Source of the DNA: the human T2T-CHM13v2.0 reference genome, Homo sapiens | DNA length: 64,000 nucleotides | Assembly (NCBI RefSeq): GCF_009914755.1 | Contig: NC_060930.1 | Direction: 5' to 3' (one strand) | Part shown: positions 57,595 to 64,000 of the stretch, one piece after another | Numbering within the stretch: position 1 is the stretch's first letter | Layout: each line of letters opens with the position of its first letter | Notes under the pieces: model-generated | The model's input: only the letters and a program-made list of their open reading frames with translations | Databases searched by the model: none | What the model was told of the DNA's origin: nothing | Translations under genes and position numbers: made by a program

Positions 57595-60350
57595 CATCAC
57601 CTCCTTTTGCAGATGAGGAAACCGAGGCACAGAGAGTTTAACTAACTTGCCAAGGTCAGTGGCAGAGCAGGGATTTGAACCTCATCTGCAGATATTCTGT
57701 CTGGCCTCTTGGTGCTGTTAGCTATTGTGCTAATCAGCTTTTTGGGACAGCAGGTTGCCACTCCTGAACCAGCAAGACTGTTTAGGGGAGGGCATGCCTA
57801 AGAATGGCACCACAGTGTTGGTGTCAGATGAGGGGAGGGGTAGGCGAGGGCTGGGGTATTTGGGGAAGACTTCTTGGAGGGACAGGGACTGAGCTGGCCC
57901 TTGAAGGGAAGCAGAGGTTTTTTGGGGAGGGGTGAGTGATGGGAGGGAGGATGGCATGTGCCCTAGGCTGGGTTGTGGGGAGACATGAGCAAAGGGGCAG
58001 AGGCTCTAGTGGACACGGTGCATCTCAGCTGACTCAAATCCTCCCCGCTGCATTGGGAGCCCCAGCAGAGATGGGTCAGTCCCTGTGTGGCCCCAAGCCA
58101 GGCGCTGTGAGCCTGTCGGTCTATCTCTGGGTAAGGCGAGGAGTGGGTTGGGGGGCACTGCTGGGAATATTTGTAGGACCTGAGACCCTGGGGGATAGGC
58201 AGGCAGCTCTGGTTTCCCCATGTCCCTGTCCCTGAGCTGAGCCTGTTCCGTGGGGAGAAGGCCTTAGGCCAGGAGGGCTGGAGTGACACCCACAGACAGC
58301 CAGGAGCAGGGGCAGGGGAAGGACCCACCCCTGGGTCTGAGTCTGGCTCTGCCTCCTTCCTGCTGTGTGACCTTGGACAAGTTATCTAACTTCTCTGAGT
58401 CTCAGGTACTCATCTCTAGAACAGGGAAGGCAACAGCCATCTCAGTGGGCTGTGAGGTTTGGAGATAAAGCATGTGAGGAGGCGCTCACAATGGCACACA
58501 GTAGGCGCTCAAAAATGGTTGTGTCGTTGATGCCGCCTGCGTGCTGCAGTACCCCTGAGGACGGAGGAAGCCATGCTGAGGGCAGGATGGTCCTGGGACC
58601 ACAGGGAGGAGGAGACCCTGGAACCGGGCCCTGAGGGCTGACCAAGAGGAGGGAAGGGCTCTCCAGGAGAAGCCCGGCTTGGAGACAGAGGGCGGGTGGG
58701 ACTCGGGACCCCCTCCTGGCTCCTGGCTCCTGGTTCTGGTTGTGTCATCATCATCATCGTCAACATTGGCTGGGCGCCCACTGTGTGCAGGTAACTGTGT
58801 CTGGCTCTGGGATAGAAAATTCATCATTTCTGCTGTTTATTAAGTGAATGTTAGAAGGTCCTTGGCATTTATTCATTCATTCATTCAACAAAAGTGCACT
58901 GCGCACTTACTATGTTGCCGGCACTGCACTGGATGCTGGAAATACGGCAGATAACCAGACAGATAAACACCGCTGACTGGACTAAGTGACATTCCTGTGG
59001 GAAGGAGGACACGCAACGTGATGAATGCCGTGCTGTGGATGCCGTGTCCGGTGGTGACGAGGGCTGTGAAGAATAATACGGAGAGGACAGGGAGGAGGTG
59101 GGGGCTCAGGACCTGCTGGTGGCTGGGAGCAGCTGGGTGACTCCCAGGCCTGTGATTGGTGACCACTGAGGTAGGAATCCACACGGCGCCTTGGTCCACA
59201 CGAGGCCTGGCCTCTCCAGGCTCCTGCTCTTAATTCCTCTGTCCCTTCCTCAAGCCAGGAGTAGATGGAACACAGCTGAGGGCCCTGCCCTCCAGGGTCT
59301 CCTAGAGGCAGCTTTCAGGAGATGCCTGGGCCTGAGGAGAGATGCCCTCCACGCTGGGGCTCCTTTGTCACTGAGGCCGCCATTACAGACTTGGCCCACA
59401 TCTCACTGGTAGTAGTTGGGTGAGCTGGCTCCAGAGCCCTGCACCCCCCAGTCTGCACTTCACAGGCTGCATCATCCTCATGGACAAGAAAGGCAAGACC
59501 CTTCCTGGCTCCACAGAGAGAGAGGGCCACCCCTGAGATGGAGCTGTTGCTCCACTACAGGCAACGGCGGTGGTGGATGGATAGTAAGCGCCGACACCTG
59601 TGGAGAGCTCGCCGTGTGTCAGGCGCGGTCCAGTGGCCCGAGGTCTAGTGCTCCGTTTAATCCTTGCAACAGCCCATTTTACAGATGCGGACGCCGAGGC
59701 CTGGGAAGAGGGAGAGAGCCACACACGGTCTCACAGCCCATACATGAGAGAGCCAGGGTTTGAATCCAGATTATTTGGCTCCAGAGTCTGGGATGTAATC
59801 CTACTCTGCGCTGCACAGGCCCCAGGGTCAAGTCCTTACTCTGCCACCTGTAGCTGCGCGATCTTGGCTTACCTCTCTGAGTCTTGGTCTCCGCAAGAAG
59901 AAAAAGAGGAAGCCCCTCTCTGTGAGGATTGCTGTGAGAATGAACGAGGTGCTGGGTGTGAGGGCCTGTCCTGAGGAAGTGCTCAGTAAGCCTTGCTTCC
60001 GCTCTCCCTCAGGGGTCCCGGGGAATGAGGCTCAGCAGGGGCCACGCAGCAGTGGCTTCGGCTGGAGCGAGGATTCAATATCAGCTCCGCTGTTTACTGT
60101 CTCAAAGGCCATGCGTGCACTATTTTAGTCACTCCGTGCCTCAGTTTCCCCATCTGTAAATGAAAATAAGGCACACATAAAGCATCTACAGCCGTACCCA
60201 GCACACAGTAGGCACTCGGTAAACGCCAGCTAGTGATAGCCAATGTTAATGTCAACACCTCTCTATGTAATGATAGTGTGGTGGTCAGGAGTGTGCGCTC
60301 TGGATCCAGACCCTGGGCTCAAATCCCAGTTGCACCTTTCCCTAGCTGGG

Positions 60351-60947
60351 TGTATTAGGCTCCCCAGAGAGACAGAACCAATTGGATGGATGGGTGGATG
60401 GATGGATGGATGGATGACAGATGGATAGATAGGTAGGTAGAGAAAGATGGATGAGAAGGGATTTATTAGGGGAGCTGACTCATGTGATTGTGAAGAAGTC
60501 CCATGTTACGCTGTCTGTGAGCTGCTGGGCCAGGGGAGCCGGTACCATGGCTCCAGGTCCAAAGGCCTGAGAACCAGGGGGGCCATGGGGTAACTCTCAA
60601 TCTGCGGCCAAAGGCCTGAGGACCTCAGGGGCTGCTCATGCAAAGTCCCCGAGTCCAAAGGCCACAGAACCTGGAGATCTGATGTCCAGGGGCAGGAGAA
60701 GAGCGTCAGCTCCAGAAGAGAGCAAGAACTCACCTTTCCTCTGCCTTTTCCTTCTCTCTGGGCCCTCAGCCGATTGGGTGGTGCCCGCCCACATTGCATG
60801 AGGGCAGATCTTCCTTCCTCAGTCCACTGATTGCAAAGCCGGCCTCTTCCCGAAACACCCTCACAGGCATACCCGGAAATAATGCTTCACCAGCTCTCCG
60901 GGTATCCCCTAATCCCATCAAGCTGACCCCTGAAATTAATCATCACA
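60351..60947 (-). mobile_element. MLT2B (ERVL) solo LTR with (GGAT)n microsatellite
   Basis: TGTATTAGG..AATTAATCATCACA termini; TSD CTGGG/CTGAG; inserted into a MIR. Confidence 0.85.
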
Positions 60948-62169
60948 CTGAGCAACCTTTGGCAGGTTACTTCGCTGCTCCGTGACTCAGTTTCCTCATT
61001 TATAAAACAGTGTAACAGTAGTTCCCACATCACCTGGCCGTTGTCTATTCATTGAGCTCCCACATGCAGTGCTGTGCACCGTGCATGGGACATTCAGCCC
61101 TCACTGCCTGCTGGCCACTGTCATTGCTGTGATAGCCTTAAATCATAAGATCACACAGGGATGCTGTGATGCCCTGGGCTCACTTCTCCCGTGGTACCTG
61201 GACAAGCTCTGTCCCTGTTACATCCCGGAGCCCCTGGATTCTCAGCTACAGTGTGGGAGTGACAGCAGAATCTGCCTGGTCAGGTTGTGGTGAGGATTAG
61301 AGGAGGTAGACTTGACATGTGAATGGTATGTGCCCAATCAATGCCAGCTGTCATTTATTGAGACACTAAAGTGTCTTCAGGGCTGAGCTAGCCTCACAGC
61401 CACTGGTGAGAGAAGGCAGATGGGCCTGGTGCCCCTTTGAAGGGTTGAGGAAGGCCAAGAGCATGTTGAGTTTGCCCACAGGGAGTGCCAGGTGACAGCC
61501 ACATCCCTTTCTGATGGTGAGAGATGCAGCCTTTTTAGTGACAGCAGGTACCGACTGCCCTTCAGGAAGGACATGGCGTTTGTCCAGAGTTGAGCCTCCT
61601 GCCTGCCCCTAGGGTGGGGGTGTGAGGTTAGTTTGGAAAAGGCAGAGGCAGGATGGGAAGGTGTGTCTAGCCACATGATACGGGGGTCCACATGCTGTCT
61701 CCTGGCTCTTCTTCCTGAGCCCACCACTGTGTGGGTCAGAACCGAGGTTGGAGTTGGGAGGGCCTAGGGTCTGCCATGGCTGGACACTCACCACCTCATC
61801 TAATCCTTAAGTCAGTCATTTCGTCCTCATTTCCCAGCAAGGCCCAGAGAGGCCTGCGAATTGCCCATGGTCACACAGCAGGTTGGTAGCAGAGCAGGGA
61901 CCCTGAGGTTGGAGCTGTTTCACTACACATGCTCCCTCATCTGGAAGCTGGAGAGACACGTTACCTGCCAATACCAAGGGTGGACCCCAGCAAGTTCCAA
62001 GAACCCTGGGCCTGGCCTTTTCTGGACGAGGTAGAGAGTGGTCTCAGCCATTGGGTATTTTGGCCTGACATACCAGGTCTCAGCTGTACTGTCCCTTCCC
62101 TCCATGCTGACAGCACACTCCATCCTGGTTTCCAGCTCCCTCAGCTCTCCCCCAGCACAGGCCAGAGGG

Positions 62170-62640
62170 TTTAAAAAATGTACACACGAGGCACATTAAA
62201 AAATTCATGCACATGAGGCAAAATTAAAAGGGCACAAAAGGACCTACAGAGAAAAGTCTCTCTCCCCCTGCGTCCCCTGGCCACCCCATTCCCCGAAGAT
62301 GGTCACCATCACCAGTTTCTCTTGTGGTCCTCCAAAACACTCCCTACTTATGTATTTTCCCCAGCCACATGGGTCTGCACCTTGCTCTTTTTGCTTTAGT
62401 GATATGGTCTGGGGAAGGTTCCATTTAGGAGCAGAACTTCCAAGACAGGCCTGCACCATAACTTATTGACCCAGCCCTCTGTGGACGGGTATTTGGGCTG
62501 TTTCCAGCCTTTTGCGTTTACAAGTAGTACTGTAGTAAATAATCTTGTGCATCATCTGGCTGACTGACTGGAAGTAAATTCCTAGAAGTGGTGTTCCCGG
62601 GTGAAGGGTGTGTACCCCATAATTGTATCAATAACAATTG
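62170..62640 (-). mobile_element. L1ME fragment
   Basis: GGACGGGTATTTGGGCTGTTTCCAG..GTAAATTCCTAGAAGTGG. Confidence 0.65.
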
Positions 62641-64000
62641 TATGGTATTAAGTTACTTTCCCATCACCATGGGCGAGAGACAAATGGCTCAGGTTCTACC
62701 TTTGTTCCCATGAGGGAATGCCTCCAACCAACTCCTGCCCGCCCCCCAGCAGCCCCCTGGCAGCTATGCATTACGGGAGAGTTCTATGTGACATTAAGGG
62801 TTCTAGAAGGGACTGTGGCCCCAGGGATACCTATCTCACCTGGCTGACCATGCTTCCTTAAACATCCCTGCTTTTCACTTCTCTGTATCTAAATTTAAAA
62901 CGTTCCTTATGAAGCAAGTACTGCTTTATAAGTGAAAAGTGCCAAGTTAAGAAAAGAAAAATTCAGACTCATTTCTTTGTCCCTTGATGAAATCCAGCCG
63001 TCCTCCCTCTCACCCACCCGCACTGTGCGTGAGTTTATGGGAAAGTCTGTCTGTGGTTCTTCTAAAAGGGAGGGAACAAAATATGTTTAGATGCCTGAGG
63101 GGTGCAAGAGGCAATACTGGGTTATTACTGGGAAAGAGCCCCAGGCCCTGGACAGATGGGGAGCCCTAGGGGGAGGGACATCCTCCACCAACCATTCTTA
63201 CGTGTTATTGCCCCTGCCCTGAGCCTGAGAGCCAACTGCTGGACCCCCAGGTTGGGCTGAATCTTACAGAGGCCAGCCTTCCCTGAGCATCCACACTGTC
63301 AGGGTTCACAGTCCTGGGACTGCAGTGCAGAAGCAGGGAGGTGTCCCCTGGTGCCGGGATCCAGCTAGAGGCTGGCAGCTTGTATCAGGGCCAGGCGCAG
63401 CCTGGACTCTGCTGCCTCTTTGAAAACCAGGCCCTTGGCCCTCTGAGTCCTGGCTCCTGACTACTGAGCCATTCTTGCCTGGGGTAACAGTGAGGCCTGG
63501 CTGGGGGAAGGGAGGAGGGGAGTACCCACCTCGGCCCTGGGGCAGCGCACGGCCTAGATTGGATAACCCTGATGCCTGCCGACAGATCCAGGGCAGACAC
63601 AGCCACCCCAGACGCTCCCATAGATCTCGGTGGTGTGACCTGTGGGCCAGGACACCACACATTTGGGACTCTCAGGAGACTTGTAAGAAGCTAATGGGGG
63701 CTGCTGAGGTTGGGAGCAAGGGCAGACAGAAGGGCATTTACAGGGTCCCGGGGCTCAGATAACTGAGGAGGCGCTGAGCCTGGGCTCCAACAGTCCAGGA
63801 GAGAGAGCCAGCTCTGGGGGCTGGGGCTGGCTTCTGAACGGAGGTGCTCATACTGGATAGAGGATGGATTCCAGGGAGGGGGAAGGAGGAGGGATGGGGA
63901 GTTGGGCATGAGGGTGCTACAGGGCGACTCTTGGGGTTACCTAAGTCTGGTGAGTTAGTCTCTGGACAGGAAGATGGCATCCTAATGCAAGCCTCCCTGG

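Overview
Human (primate) genomic DNA that is Alu-dense and GC-rich, with no protein-coding exon I can support inside the window. It contains a CpG-island promoter with a short non-coding first exon (~3907-4116, + strand, donor CAG|GTAGGA), a ~60 kb first intron, and a second promoter/alternative first exon at ~52.7-52.9 kb. From recalled 5'UTR sequence and the ~48.8 kb spacing of the two first exons this is most likely PACSIN1 (syndapin-1, 6p21.31), with the first coding exon just past the right edge. That identification comes from memory and should be confirmed by BLAT. Most of the intron is transposon-derived: ~45 Alu/FLAM copies (about 3:1 antisense), L1M/L1P fragments, L2/MIR, MaLR and ERVL LTRs, MER5/MER1A/MER53 and Tigger1. 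The best finds are: (1) a decayed two-LTR ERVL provirus with tRNA-Leu PBS and protease/integrase relics (25.3-31.1 kb); (2) a 5'-truncated Y4 RNA retrocopy with TSD; (3) a MER53 hairpin carrying a near-intact miR-1302 sequence; (4) several small templated or retroposed insertions; (5) enhancer-like motif clusters; (6) an ACG codon in perfect Kozak context in the alternative first exon. I did not find evidence for a wholly new biological system; the findings are testable leads. Repeat subfamily calls are by eye and boundaries are approximate.
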